Assembly (NCBI GenBank): GCA_036399915.1
Contig: DASWME010000222.1
Location: forward strand, 7,164-71,163
Origin: Thermoanaerobaculia bacterium
GTDB lineage: Bacteria; Acidobacteriota; Thermoanaerobaculia; Multivoradales; UBA5704
DNA: 64,000 nucleotides
Direction of reading: 5' to 3'
Shown here piece after piece: positions 41,652 to 52,605 of the stretch. The position numbers and the translations under genes were made by a program. Numbering within the stretch: position 1 is the first letter of the stretch; each line of letters starts with the position of its first letter. A model generated the notes under the pieces. It ran no database searches. It saw only the letters and a list, made by a program, of their open reading frames with translations, and was not told where the DNA came from.

Positions 41652-41867
41652 ATGGAGCTCCACACCGAGGTGCTGATCCACAACGACAACCTGGGGGTGA
41701 AGGGGGGCGGGGGGGTGCTGCTCCAGGTCAGCGGCGACGGCTATTACGAGGTGAACTGCGTCTTCGGCGACCGGGTCCACCGCACGCTCTTCCCGATCCA
41801 GGGAACGGTGCTGATCAGCCGCGAGCCGGAGGACACCACCCGCGCCGACATGGAGATCGAGCGCTGA
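41652..41867 (+). CDS. hypothetical small protein (71 aa)
   Basis: Its stop overlaps the pdxJ start (TGATG) and its codon usage is GC3-rich. I recognise no family. Confidence 0.45.
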   Translation: MELHTEVLIHNDNLGVKGGGGVLLQVSGDGYYEVNCVFGDRVHRTLFPIQGTVLISREPEDTTRADMEIER

Positions 41868-42709
41868 TGGGCGCGCCGGAGCGGGGCGCGAGGCTCTCGG
41901 TCAACGTCGACCACGTCGCGACCCTGCGGCAGGCGCGGCGGACCCGCTATCCCGACCCGGTCGAGGCGGCGCGGATCGCCGAGCACGCCGGAGCCTCGGG
42001 GATCACGGTGCACCTGCGGATGGACCGCCGGCACATCCAGGACTCCGACGTCGAGCGGCTGCGCGAATCCGTGCAGGGCAAGCTCAACCTGGAGATGTCC
42101 AGCGCCGAGGACATGCTGAAGGTCGCCCTGCGGACCAGGCCCGACCAGGTGACGCTGGTCCCCGAACGGTCGGAGGAGGTCACCACCGAGGGAGGGCTCA
42201 ACCTGATCCTCTACGGCCGGCGGGTCGCCGGGGTCGCCGAGCGGCTGGCGGCGGCGGGGATCGCCGTCTCGCTGTTCGTCGATCCGGACCCCCGGCAGCT
42301 CCAGACCCTCGTCTCTCTCTCCGCTCATGGCGTGAACGGCTTCGAGATCAACACGGACGCCTACACCCGCGCCGCCGAGCCGGCCGCGGTCGAGGGAGAG
42401 CTGCGTCAGATCGTCGAAGTGGTGGAGCAGGGGAGATCAGCCGGTCTCCACGCCTACGCCGGCCACGGCCTGCGCACCGACAACGTCGGTCCCATCGCGG
42501 CCATTCCCGGCATGGAGGAGCTGAACATCGGCCACTTCATCATCGCCCGCGCCGTCATTGTCGGGATGGAAGCGGCGGTCAAGGAGATGCTGGCGGCGAT
42601 GGCCGGGAGGCCTGCGGCAGCTATCCCGCCCCCAGCTCCCCGCGGATCGCAACGGCCAGCTCCTCGGCCAAGGCGTCGATCGCCCCCTGCTCCGGGCCCT
42701 CGATCATGA
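41867..42709 (+). CDS. pdxJ: pyridoxine 5'-phosphate synthase
   Basis: LSVNVDHVATLRQAR, ITVHLRMDRRHI, TLVPE and YAGHGL are present. The last ~35 aa are a Pro/Arg-rich tail encoded antisense to the glmM 3' end. Confidence 0.9.
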   Translation: MGAPERGARLSVNVDHVATLRQARRTRYPDPVEAARIAEHAGASGITVHLRMDRRHIQDSDVERLRESVQGKLNLEMSSAEDMLKVALRTRPDQVTLVPERSEEVTTEGGLNLILYGRRVAGVAERLAAAGIAVSLFVDPDPRQLQTLVSLSAHGVNGFEINTDAYTRAAEPAAVEGELRQIVEVVEQGRSAGLHAYAGHGLRTDNVGPIAAIPGMEELNIGHFIIARAVIVGMEAAVKEMLAAMAGRPAAAIPPPAPRGSQRPAPRPRRRSPPAPGPRS

Positions 42710-43988
42710 TGCGGGCGAGGGGCTCGGTGCCGCTGTAGCGCAGGACGAGCCGGCCGTCCTCGCCAAGCCGCTCCTCGACGGAGCGCGCCGTGGCGGTGAC
42801 GGCGGGCAGGGCCTTGAAGTCGACCTTCTTCGCCACCTTCACGTTCAGCAGGATCTGGGGATAGCGCCGGAATGGGGTCAGCATCGCGGAGAGGGGCCGG
42901 CCCTCCTGATGGCGCAGCCAGGCCATCTGGACGGCGGTCAGGAGCCCGTCGCCGGTGCTCGACAGATCGCTTTCGACGACGTGGCCGGACTGCTCGCCGC
43001 CCAGGAGGATGCCCTCCCGCTGCATCGCCTCGACGACGTAGCGGTCGCCCACGTTGCAGCGGACCAGGCCGATCCCCTCGGCCGCGAGCGCCCGCTCGAG
43101 CCCGAGGTTGCTCATCGAGGTGGCCACGATCCGCGGGGGTTGGAGCCGGCCGCTGCGGTGGAGACGGGTCGCCCACAGATAGAGGATGGCGTCGCCGTCG
43201 CGTACCGCGCCCTTCTCGTCGACGAGGATGCAGCGGTCGGCGTCGCCGTCGAAGGCGGCGCCGAGGTCCGCCCCCGCGGCGGCGACCCGCGCCGCCATCT
43301 CCTCCGGCGCCGTCGAGCCGCAGCCCTCGTTGACGTTGCGGCCGTTGGGGGAGGCGTGGAGCAGGGTCACCCGTGCGCCGAGCCGCTCGAACAGCTCCCG
43401 GGCGTAATGGGAGGCGGCGCCGTTGCCGGTGTCGAGCACCACCCGCAAGCCGTCCAGAGGGTGGTCCCCTGGAAGGGTTGAGGCGAGGTGGCGCAGGTAG
43501 CGCTCGCGCAGCTCCGGCTCGGGCTCAGGACCGCCCTCCGGGAGGTCCTGGACCTCGCCCGCCGGGCTCGCCTTCAGCCGGCGTTCCAGGGCCAGCTCGT
43601 CCTCGTCGCTCCACTTGAAGCCCTGTGGGTCGATGAGCTTGATGCCGTTGTCCGGGTAGGGGTTGTGGCTCGCCGAGACGACGACGCCCGAGGCCGCCCC
43701 GAGCTGCCGGACGAGCCAGGCCACCCCCGGCGTGGGGATCACGCCCGCATAGCGCAGGTCGACCCCGCCGGCGGTGAGCCCGGCGGCCAGCCAGCGGCAG
43801 ATCGCGGGCGTGCTCTCGCGGGTGTCGCCGCCGAGCACCATGCGGGGGGCCGCGCCGTTGCCGCGCTCGCGCAGGGTGGCGGCGAGGTGGACGGCGAGCG
43901 CCGTCACCGTTTCACGGTCGAGCGGGGGCTCGCCGAAGCGGCCGCGGATGCCGTCGGTTCCGAAGAGGCGGGACGAATCGTGGCTCAA
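42621..43988 (-). CDS. glmM: phosphoglucosamine mutase
   Basis: LFGTDGIRG, VVSASHNPYPDNGIK, DGDADR and GEQSGH are present. Confidence 0.95.
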   Translation of the reverse strand: MSHDSSRLFGTDGIRGRFGEPPLDRETVTALAVHLAATLRERGNGAAPRMVLGGDTRESTPAICRWLAAGLTAGGVDLRYAGVIPTPGVAWLVRQLGAASGVVVSASHNPYPDNGIKLIDPQGFKWSDEDELALERRLKASPAGEVQDLPEGGPEPEPELRERYLRHLASTLPGDHPLDGLRVVLDTGNGAASHYARELFERLGARVTLLHASPNGRNVNEGCGSTAPEEMAARVAAAGADLGAAFDGDADRCILVDEKGAVRDGDAILYLWATRLHRSGRLQPPRIVATSMSNLGLERALAAEGIGLVRCNVGDRYVVEAMQREGILLGGEQSGHVVESDLSSTGDGLLTAVQMAWLRHQEGRPLSAMLTPFRRYPQILLNVKVAKKVDFKALPAVTATARSVEERLGEDGRLVLRYSGTEPLARIMIEGPEQGAIDALAEELAVAIRGELGAG

Positions 43989-44674
43989 GTCCTTTCCTTT
44001 CGTGGCCTGGCGGCGTCCTTGGCCTGATCGCCTGAGGCCTGCAGCGGTACCCGCACGGTGACCTTGGATGGCTGGACGATCTGGATCAGCGGGTCGGGTG
44101 TCAGGACCGGCACTGTCTCCTCGAAAGTGAGGACGCGGCCCTCGAGGCTGATCGGCCGAGTCGAGAGCGAGTCGATGCGGGCGAGCAGCGGCTCGGGGCC
44201 GGTCACCAGGACCTGATTTGGGAAGACCTCGGGCTTTTCGGCGATGACCCCTGCGGCCGGCACACCCACGAGCTTGGGGACCACCGGCAGCCGCTGGGTG
44301 ACCTCCCGCTCGAGCTCCACCCGGATGGCGCTGGGCTCGACGGAGACCACCGCCAGGCCGTCCGGCGCGAGCACGTTCTCCGGCCCGAGATTGATGGTGG
44401 CCGACCCCGCCTGCTGCCGCGACAGATCAACCTGGATGTCCACCAAGTCGGGATTGAGCTGGCGGACGGCCTTCTTGCTGCCGATCAGGCGCACCTGCAC
44501 GTTCTGCACCGGGTTGATGACGATGAACCCGCGAGGCCGGTTGTAGGTAATGCCGGCCTCTACCACCTTCTCGCTGGAGACGAGGCGATCTTCGACCGAG
44601 GCGTTGAACCAGATGCCGATAGCGATACCGAGGGCGAGCAGCCGCAGGGCCCAGGTGCGCCACTGATCGTTCAA
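43985..44674 (-). CDS. cdaR: YbbR-domain protein, CdaA regulator
   Basis: It has an N-terminal TM plus YbbR-like repeats, and lies between cdaA and glmM with 4-nt overlaps. Confidence 0.75.
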   Translation of the reverse strand: MNDQWRTWALRLLALGIAIGIWFNASVEDRLVSSEKVVEAGITYNRPRGFIVINPVQNVQVRLIGSKKAVRQLNPDLVDIQVDLSRQQAGSATINLGPENVLAPDGLAVVSVEPSAIRVELEREVTQRLPVVPKLVGVPAAGVIAEKPEVFPNQVLVTGPEPLLARIDSLSTRPISLEGRVLTFEETVPVLTPDPLIQIVQPSKVTVRVPLQASGDQAKDAARPRKERT

Positions 44675-45456
44675 GCCGCTCTCCCCTGCGGATAGAGGTC
44701 GGTCACCAGGTACTTGTAGAGGATATTGCGCAGGCTGTTGCTGTCCAGGTCGGAGGTCAGCTCGCCGTTGAACGCCACGGAGATGGTGCCGGTCTCCTCG
44801 GAGACGACCACCGTCACGGCGTCGGTCTCCTCGGTGATGCCGAGGGCGGCCCGGTGGCGGGTGCCATACTCTTTGGAGAGCTCGGGGTTCGAGGTGAGCG
44901 GCAGGAAACAGCCGGCGGCGGCGATGCGGTCGTCCTGGACGATGGCCGCGCCGTCATGGAGCGGCGTGTCCGGCATGAAGATGTTGATCAGCAGGTCGTA
45001 GGAGACGATGGCGTCGAGGGCGATGCCGTTCTCGATGTAGTTGCGCAGCCCGTGCAGGCGCTCGATGACGATCAGGGCGCCGACCCGGCGGGTGGACAGG
45101 GTCGTCGCAGCCAGCACGATCTCGCTGAACGAGGCCACCCCCTTCTGCTGCTTGGCGAGCCCCCAGAGCGGGTTGCGCCCGAAGTCGGCGAGGGCGCGGC
45201 GGATCTCTCCCTGGAAGAGGACGATGATGGCGAAGGGGAGGACGATCAGCAGGTTCTCGAGGATCCGCTGCAGGGTCGGCAGCTCGGCCAGGATGGCGAG
45301 GTAGTAGAGCAGCCCCAGGAAGAACAGGCCGAGCAGCATCTGCACGGCCCGCGTGCCGCGGATGAGCAGCAGCAGGTTGTAGATGATGATCGCCACCGCC
45401 AGCACGTCGATGACGTCGCGCCAGGTCAGGATCTCGAGGAACCGCAGCAGGTTCAT
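44671..45456 (-). CDS. cdaA: diadenylate cyclase (c-di-AMP synthase)
   Basis: Three N-terminal TM segments are followed by a DAC domain with GALIVIE, PLHDGAAIV and GTRHRAALG. Confidence 0.92.
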   Translation of the reverse strand: MNLLRFLEILTWRDVIDVLAVAIIIYNLLLLIRGTRAVQMLLGLFFLGLLYYLAILAELPTLQRILENLLIVLPFAIIVLFQGEIRRALADFGRNPLWGLAKQQKGVASFSEIVLAATTLSTRRVGALIVIERLHGLRNYIENGIALDAIVSYDLLINIFMPDTPLHDGAAIVQDDRIAAAGCFLPLTSNPELSKEYGTRHRAALGITEETDAVTVVVSEETGTISVAFNGELTSDLDSNSLRNILYKYLVTDLYPQGRAA

Positions 45457-46373
45457 GCGCTCTCCCGCTGCCGCGCGACGGCGTACCAGACGTCGAGGAA
45501 CTGGACCGTCTCGGCCACGTCGTGGACGCGCACGACGGCCGCCGGCAGCGTCGCCGCCCAGGCCACGGCGGCGAGGCTCCCTCCCAGCCGGCGGCCGGGC
45601 GGCGGGTCGGGCACGCCGGGCCTCGCCGCGGCGCGGGCGATGAAGCTCTTGCGGCTGGCGCCTACGAGCAACGGCCGGCCGAGCCCCGCCAGCTCGCCCA
45701 GGCGGGCGAGGAGCGCGAGGTTCTGCTGCCAGGTCTTGCCGAAGCCGATGCCGGGGTCGAGCGCGAGCTGCGACTCGTCGATCCCGGCGGCGACGGCGCG
45801 TCCCACGGCGAGGGCCAGCTCGGCCCGCACTTCGCCGAGGAGGTCGTCGAAGCGGATGTCCTTCTGCATGGAGGAGAGATCGCCGCGGCTGTGCATCAGC
45901 ACCAGCGGGCAGCCCGCCTCGGCCACGGCCCGGCCGAGCGCGGGATCGGCGAGCGCGCTCACGTCGTTGATCAGGTCGGCGCCGGCCGCGAGGGCCCGCC
46001 GCGCCACTTCCCCCTTGCGGGTGTCCACCGAAAGGGGCGCGTCCGTGGCCTGCCGCAGCGCCTGCAGCACAGGCAGCAGGCGCGCGGTCTCCTCTGCGGG
46101 CGGCACCGTCCGTGCCCCCTCGCCGTAGATCCCGCCGCCCGGCCGCGTGGACTCGGCCCCGAGGTCGAGCAGGTCGGCGCCCTCGGCGAGCATCTGCAGA
46201 CCGCGCTCCGCGGCCCGTGCTGGATCGTCCCAGAGGCCGCCGTCGCTGAAGGAGTCGGGAGTGAGGTTGAGGACGCCCATCACCCGTGGCCGTCCTCCCA
46301 GGTCGAGGGAGCGGCCACGGGGAAGACGGAGGGTCCAGGTCCGGGCGGTTGCGGGTAGAGTCGCGGTCTCCAT
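45453..46373 (-). CDS. folP: dihydropteroate synthase
   Basis: VMGVLNLTPDSFSDGG, DLGAESTRPG, SVDT and INDVSA are present. The start is uncertain: ATG 46373 versus TTG 46403. Confidence 0.9.
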   Translation of the reverse strand: METATLPATARTWTLRLPRGRSLDLGGRPRVMGVLNLTPDSFSDGGLWDDPARAAERGLQMLAEGADLLDLGAESTRPGGGIYGEGARTVPPAEETARLLPVLQALRQATDAPLSVDTRKGEVARRALAAGADLINDVSALADPALGRAVAEAGCPLVLMHSRGDLSSMQKDIRFDDLLGEVRAELALAVGRAVAAGIDESQLALDPGIGFGKTWQQNLALLARLGELAGLGRPLLVGASRKSFIARAAARPGVPDPPPGRRLGGSLAAVAWAATLPAAVVRVHDVAETVQFLDVWYAVARQRESA

Positions 46374-46422
46374 CCAGGGTGGGGCGCGAGGGGCCCACCC
46401 CAAGTCTATCGCGAGAAGACGG

Positions 46423-48456
<2,034 letters not shown>

Positions 48457-48605
48457 AGCTCGGCTACCTCATGTGAAACGCCCGGGGGGCGTGAACCGCC
48501 CGCGGAGCGCCTTTCTTGCGTTCATGAAGGGACGGAAAGCCCCTTCCTGGTGACAACCAAAAGGCCGGTGCACCGATTCCCGGGCGGGTTCCCGCCGTCG
48601 GCCAG

Positions 48606-49142
48606 TCAAGCCCCGTCCGCCAGCCATCCCACATAGGGGAGGTTCCCGTAGCGCCCCTGGTGCTTGAGCCCGTAGCCGACGAGGATGCCGCGGCGCCGGG
48701 CGGTCAACGCGCGGTAGTGCAGGTCGAAGGCGGTCTTGCGCTCTTCGGGCAGGTCGATGAGCGCGGCGAAACGCACCCTGCGGGCGCCGTGGTCGCGGAG
48801 CTGCTGCTCCAGGTACGGCTCGGTCACCGCCGAGGAGACCACGTCCTTGAGGACCACGACGCTCTGCCCTTCGATGTCGATGGGGATCGGGTACTGGATC
48901 CGCAGCACACCGCTCCCCTCCTCGCCATAGGCCACGTCGATGAGCTCGTAGCGCACCGGCCGTTCGATCGCCCGCACCAGGTCGGCGAGGAAGATCACCG
49001 AGCCGCCGAGCAGCGCGATCAGCAGGGGGTCCTCGCTCCCCAGCTCCTCGCCGAGCTTGCGGCCGAGGGCGGCGACGCTGTCGCGCACGGTGCCGGCATC
49101 GAACAGGGGTTCGATGCCGGGCTGGGAGCTCTCTCCGTTCAT
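48606..49142 (-). CDS. hpt: hypoxanthine phosphoribosyltransferase-like protein (PRPP motif degenerate)
   Basis: The overall HPRT layout is present (LIALLGGSVIFLADL..., ...VGYGL...YGNLPYVG), as is the conserved tilS-hpt-ftsH position. However, the PRPP loop reads VVVLKDVVSSAVT instead of VLIVEDIxDxGxT. Confidence 0.7.
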   Translation of the reverse strand: MNGESSQPGIEPLFDAGTVRDSVAALGRKLGEELGSEDPLLIALLGGSVIFLADLVRAIERPVRYELIDVAYGEEGSGVLRIQYPIPIDIEGQSVVVLKDVVSSAVTEPYLEQQLRDHGARRVRFAALIDLPEERKTAFDLHYRALTARRRGILVGYGLKHQGRYGNLPYVGWLADGA

Positions 49143-50521
49143 GTCGTCGACACCTCGGCGACCCAGGCGGTCGCGTGTCCATCCAGCCGGAACCTCTGGT
49201 CGATCGTGACGCCCGGAACCCAGGCGATCCGCTCGCCCACGGCCAGGAGCGGCAACCGATCCCTCTGGTGCCGCGGCATCCGGCGGTCGATCAGCACCTC
49301 TTTCAGCCGCCGGCTGCCGCTCGCCCCCAGGGGGTGGATGCGGTCTCCGGGACGGCGGTTCCGGACCGTGACGCGATCCCCCTCCGCGAGCGGCAGCGCG
49401 AGCCCGGCGCGGTGGGGCGACCCCTGGAACATCCAGGGCTCGACGGCGCCGCGCGAGACGCGCACCCGGACGGCGATCTCCGGGATCTCCAGCTCCCCCG
49501 GAATGTCAAGAGTATAAGTGAAGTCGGGGACCCGCTTTCGTCCCTCTTCCGCGCGGCGCAGGACCAGCAGCTCCCCGCAAGCCTCCCAGCGCCAGCCGCC
49601 CCCGCAGTCGCAGGACGCGCCGCCGCGGCTCCCGAGCTGGCGTAGGACCTCGGCGCGGGCGGCCTCGCCGGCGGGGTAGGGGGCTCCGGCCCGGCGGTGG
49701 AGCCAGGCGAAGGCGAACGGCCGCAGCGCGGGCGGCAGGCTCTCGAAGGCCCGGCGCTCGATGGCGAGGCCACCCGCCGCCGGCCGCACCGGCAGGCTGG
49801 CGGAGAGCCGGCGGTCCAGGCTCGCGCCGGCGGCACGGGCCCGCCCGGCCAGCCGGGCGAGGCGAAAGGCGAGGTCCGGCTCTCCTGGTCCCTCTGTGGC
49901 GAGCGCCGGCAGCAGCCGGTGGCGCACCCGGTTGCGGGGCACCCCGAGGTCGCGATTGGTGGGATCCTCCACCGGTGCCACCCCCGCCGCAGCCACGGCG
50001 GCCAGCAGCGCGGAGCGGGGCAACCCGAGCAGCGGCCGCACGACGGCGCCGTGGACGGGACGGATGCCCGCCAGCCCCGCGAGGCCGCTGCCGAAGAGGA
50101 GGCGCAGCAGGACGGTCTCGGCCTGATCGTCGCGGTGATGGGCGGTGGCGATCCAGCGGGCCCCGAGCCGCCGGCGGGTCCGCTCCAGGAACTCGTAGCG
50201 TGCCCGCCGGCCGGCGGCCTCGGCGCTCTCGCCCGCCCGCCGGCCAGCGGGCGCGTCGAGCCGCTCGGCGGCGAGCGTCACGCCCAGCCGCGCGGCGAGC
50301 CCGGCCGCCCTGGCCGCCCGTTCCGCGGAGCCGGGATCCATGGCATGATCGAGATGGGCGGCGTGCAGATGGATCCCTCGGCGGGGCGCGAGCCGGGACA
50401 TCCCCCACAGCAGCGCCGTGGAGTCGGGGCCCCCGGAGAAGGCGACGACCACGCCGTCTCCCGGAGCGAGAGGCGCTCCCGCCCGGAAGAAGGTCTCCAG
50501 CTCGTGGAGGAGAAGGTCCAT
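49139..50521 (-). CDS. tilS: tRNA(Ile)-lysidine synthase
   Basis: It has the PP-loop VVVAFSGGPDSTAL and HLDHAMDP. The ATG at 50521 lies inside the longer ORF. Confidence 0.9.
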   Translation of the reverse strand: MDLLLHELETFFRAGAPLAPGDGVVVAFSGGPDSTALLWGMSRLAPRRGIHLHAAHLDHAMDPGSAERAARAAGLAARLGVTLAAERLDAPAGRRAGESAEAAGRRARYEFLERTRRRLGARWIATAHHRDDQAETVLLRLLFGSGLAGLAGIRPVHGAVVRPLLGLPRSALLAAVAAAGVAPVEDPTNRDLGVPRNRVRHRLLPALATEGPGEPDLAFRLARLAGRARAAGASLDRRLSASLPVRPAAGGLAIERRAFESLPPALRPFAFAWLHRRAGAPYPAGEAARAEVLRQLGSRGGASCDCGGGWRWEACGELLVLRRAEEGRKRVPDFTYTLDIPGELEIPEIAVRVRVSRGAVEPWMFQGSPHRAGLALPLAEGDRVTVRNRRPGDRIHPLGASGSRRLKEVLIDRRMPRHQRDRLPLLAVGERIAWVPGVTIDQRFRLDGHATAWVAEVSTT

Positions 50522-50536
50522 GGCCCAGGTATGGAT

Positions 50537-50612
50537 GGTGGCGGTGACGGGACTCGAACCCATGACCTAGCGGTTATGAGCCGCTCGCTCTAACCGGCTG
50601 AGCTACACCGCC
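50537..50612 (-). tRNA. tRNA with CAT anticodon (elongator Met or tRNA-Ile2/lysidine substrate), CCA encoded
   Basis: Reverse complement: GGCGGTG-TA-GCTC-AGCCGGTTA-GAGC-G-AGCGG-CTCATAA-CCGCT-AGGTC-ATGGG-TTCGAGT-CCCGT-CACCGCC-A-CCA. It forms a full cloverleaf, and G1-C72 rules out an initiator. Confidence 0.9.
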
Positions 50613-50620
50613 ATGCAGCA

Positions 50621-50658
50621 GGCAAAAGAAGGAAAAGCCGCCACGTGGAAGCGACGGC
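50621..50658 (-). terminator. putative intrinsic terminator upstream of the tRNA(CAT)-tilS operon
   Basis: The minus strand reads GCCGTC-N10-GGCGGC followed by TTTTCCTTCTTTT. Confidence 0.45.
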
Positions 50659-50805
50659 CTTTTCGATGCGGGCGGATTATACCCGAGACGGACCGTAGTG
50701 AGGCCAGAGCACGCCAGAGAAGGAGTGCCGGCCGGGGGCGGCGTCTTCCGCAAGAGGCGGCCACCGCTGCGGCCTGGCGAGCCGGCCGGGCCTCGACCTG
50801 CCCGC

Positions 50806-51135
50806 TTACCGCATCACTTCCTGGCAGCTGCGGAACTGGCCGAAGAACTCCTGCATCGAAGTCGACAGCGCCGGCTCGTTCAGCCGGTAGATCACGTTCT
50901 GTCCCTGGCGCTGGTCGACGACCAGCTCCGCCTCCTTCAGGACGGAAAGGTGACGCGAGATCGTGGGCTGCGACAGGTTGAAGTTGCCGACGATCTCTCC
51001 GACCGTGCGCTGGCGCCCTTCGAGCAGGCGCAGGATCTCCTGCCGGGTGCCGTCCGACAGGGCCTTGAAGACCTTGGTCAGATGCCGTTCCTCTCGCCGG
51101 AAGTCGCTGATGCTGCTGCGGTCGATGTTGGCCAT
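50806..51135 (-). CDS. ArsR/SmtB-family transcriptional regulator
   Basis: FKALSDGTRQEILRLLEGRQRTVGEIVGNFNLSQPTISRHLSVLKEAELV is present. The ATG at 51135 lies inside the longer ORF. Confidence 0.9.
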   Translation of the reverse strand: MANIDRSSISDFRREERHLTKVFKALSDGTRQEILRLLEGRQRTVGEIVGNFNLSQPTISRHLSVLKEAELVVDQRQGQNVIYRLNEPALSTSMQEFFGQFRSCQEVMR

Positions 51136-51409
51136 GGCCGTCTTCTCTCCTTGAGCGGGGGTCAGAATCTCCGCCTCTTGTTGCACACATTGTAGAGGGA
51201 ACATACTTGAAAAAAACTTGATGTTGCCCGCTTGGGAAGGCAGGGTTCTGCCCAATTACTGGGCATACAGGTGCAAACTTCTCTATAACCAAAAGTTGCG
51301 CCGCGCGCGGGGTAGCTTCAGCGGGGGAAAACGGGACAAAGGGCTCCCCGGATGGAGCCCTGTCGAGACGGGAAACGGACGGGAAAACGGCCCGCGGCGG
51401 GGCAGGAGA

Positions 51410-52024
51410 TCAGCCCCGGGCGGCGCTGTACCGCCGGGCCACCGCCGGCCAGTTGATGGTGTTCCACCAGGCGGCCAGGTAGTCGGGGCGGCGGTTCTGG
51501 TACTTCAGGTAATAGGCGTGCTCCCAGACGTCCACGCCCAAGATGGGGGTCTTCCCCTCCATGAGGGGGCTGTCCTGGTTGGGGCGGGCAATCACATCCA
51601 GCTTGCCGCCGCTGGCGACGAGCCAGCCCCAGCCCGAGCCGAACTGGTTGGCCGCGGCGTTCGTCAGCTTCTCCTTGAAGCCCTGGAAGCTGCCGAAGTC
51701 GCGGGAGATGGCTTCGGCGATCCCGCCAGTGGGCTCGCCGCCGCCGTTCGGGCCCATGATCTCCCAGAACAGCGAGTGGTTGTGGTGGCCGCCGCCGTGG
51801 TTGCGCACCGCGGTGCGGATCGACTCAGGTACGTCGTCGATGCCGCGCAGCAGGTCCTCGAGGCCCTTGCCCTGCAGGCCGGGCTCCTTGTCGAGGGCCT
51901 CGTTCAGCTTGGCCACGTACGTGGCGTGGTGCTTGTCGTGGTGGAGCTGCATGGTCTGGGCGTCGATATGGGGCTCCAGCGCATCGAAGGCGTAAGGCAA
52001 CGGGGGCAACTCGTGCTTGGACAT
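51410..52024 (-). CDS. sodA: superoxide dismutase (Mn-type signature)
   Basis: [32 protein letters not shown] and DVWEHAYYL are present. Confidence 0.93.
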   Translation of the reverse strand: MSKHELPPLPYAFDALEPHIDAQTMQLHHDKHHATYVAKLNEALDKEPGLQGKGLEDLLRGIDDVPESIRTAVRNHGGGHHNHSLFWEIMGPNGGGEPTGGIAEAISRDFGSFQGFKEKLTNAAANQFGSGWGWLVASGGKLDVIARPNQDSPLMEGKTPILGVDVWEHAYYLKYQNRRPDYLAAWWNTINWPAVARRYSAARG

Positions 52025-52107
52025 CGCGTCTCCTCCTTTTCAGCCTGGGGTCGGGATGCGGTGGGTCTCTCTCGCGCTCCCGCTCTCGGGATGCATTCTG
52101 GCAGACG

Positions 52108-52142
52108 CCCCGAAAACACGAAAGCCCCCGCGGGCGGGGGCT
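52108..52142 (-). terminator. intrinsic terminator after rpmG
   Basis: The minus strand reads AGCCCCCG-cccg-CGGGGGCT followed by TTCGTGTTTTCGG. Confidence 0.7.
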
Positions 52143-52181
52143 TCAAGGCCGCGCAGCGGCGGGACGCGCGTGGCGCGGGGG

Positions 52182-52337
52182 TCAGCGCAGCTTCTCTTCG
52201 ACGAACTCGACGTGCTTGCGCACCTTGGGGTCGTACTTCTTCATCCGCAGCTTCTCGGTGGAGAGCTTCTTGTTCTTGGTCGTCGTGTAGAAGTAGCCGG
52301 TGCCGGCGGACGAAACCAACTTGATCTTCTCGCGCAT
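52182..52337 (-). CDS. rpmG: 50S ribosomal protein L33
   Basis: This gene is not in the ORF track (51 aa). Hand translation gives [51 protein letters not shown]. Confidence 0.9.
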   Translation of the reverse strand: MREKIKLVSSAGTGYFYTTTKNKKLSTEKLRMKKYDPKVRKHVEFVEEKLR

Positions 52338-52363
52338 CTCGGACTCTCTTTCGTGGATTGGAC

Positions 52364-52440
52364 TGGCGGGGCCGACGGGGCTCGAACCCGCGACCTCCGG
52401 CGTGACAGGCCGGCGTTCTAACCGACTGAACTACAGCCCC
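52364..52440 (-). tRNA. tRNA-Asp (GTC), CCA encoded
   Basis: Reverse complement: GGGGCTG-TA-GTTC-AGTCGGTTA-GAAC-G-CCGGC-CTGTCAC-GCCGG-AGGTC-GCGGG-TTCGAGC-CCCGT-CGGCCCC-G-CCA. Confidence 0.93.
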
Positions 52441-52472
52441 GCAAAGAACCTCTTGGCCGGCGGCCCACTCCC

Positions 52473-52548
52473 TGGTGGGAGGTGAGGGATTTGAACCCGC
52501 GACCCCCTGCGTGTAAGGCAGGTGCTCTGACCGCTGAGCTAACCTCCC
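52473..52548 (-). tRNA. tRNA-Val (TAC), CCA encoded
   Basis: Reverse complement: GGGAGGT-TA-GCTC-AGCGGTCA-GAGC-A-CCTGC-CTTACAC-GCAGG-GGGTC-GCGGG-TTCAAAT-CCCTC-ACCTCCC-A-CCA. There is one C-U mismatch in the T stem. Confidence 0.85.
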
Positions 52549-52605
52549 TCTGCCGCCAAGGACGGCCAATGATAGGGAAGCAGGGTGGGGTTGTCAACAG
52601 AAAGG

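Noticed and set aside
51249-51265. TGCCCA-N5-TGGGCA as an ArsR operator.
   Set aside because: It is only a 6-bp dyad, lies ~115 nt upstream of the arsR ATG and has no second copy. The evidence is insufficient.
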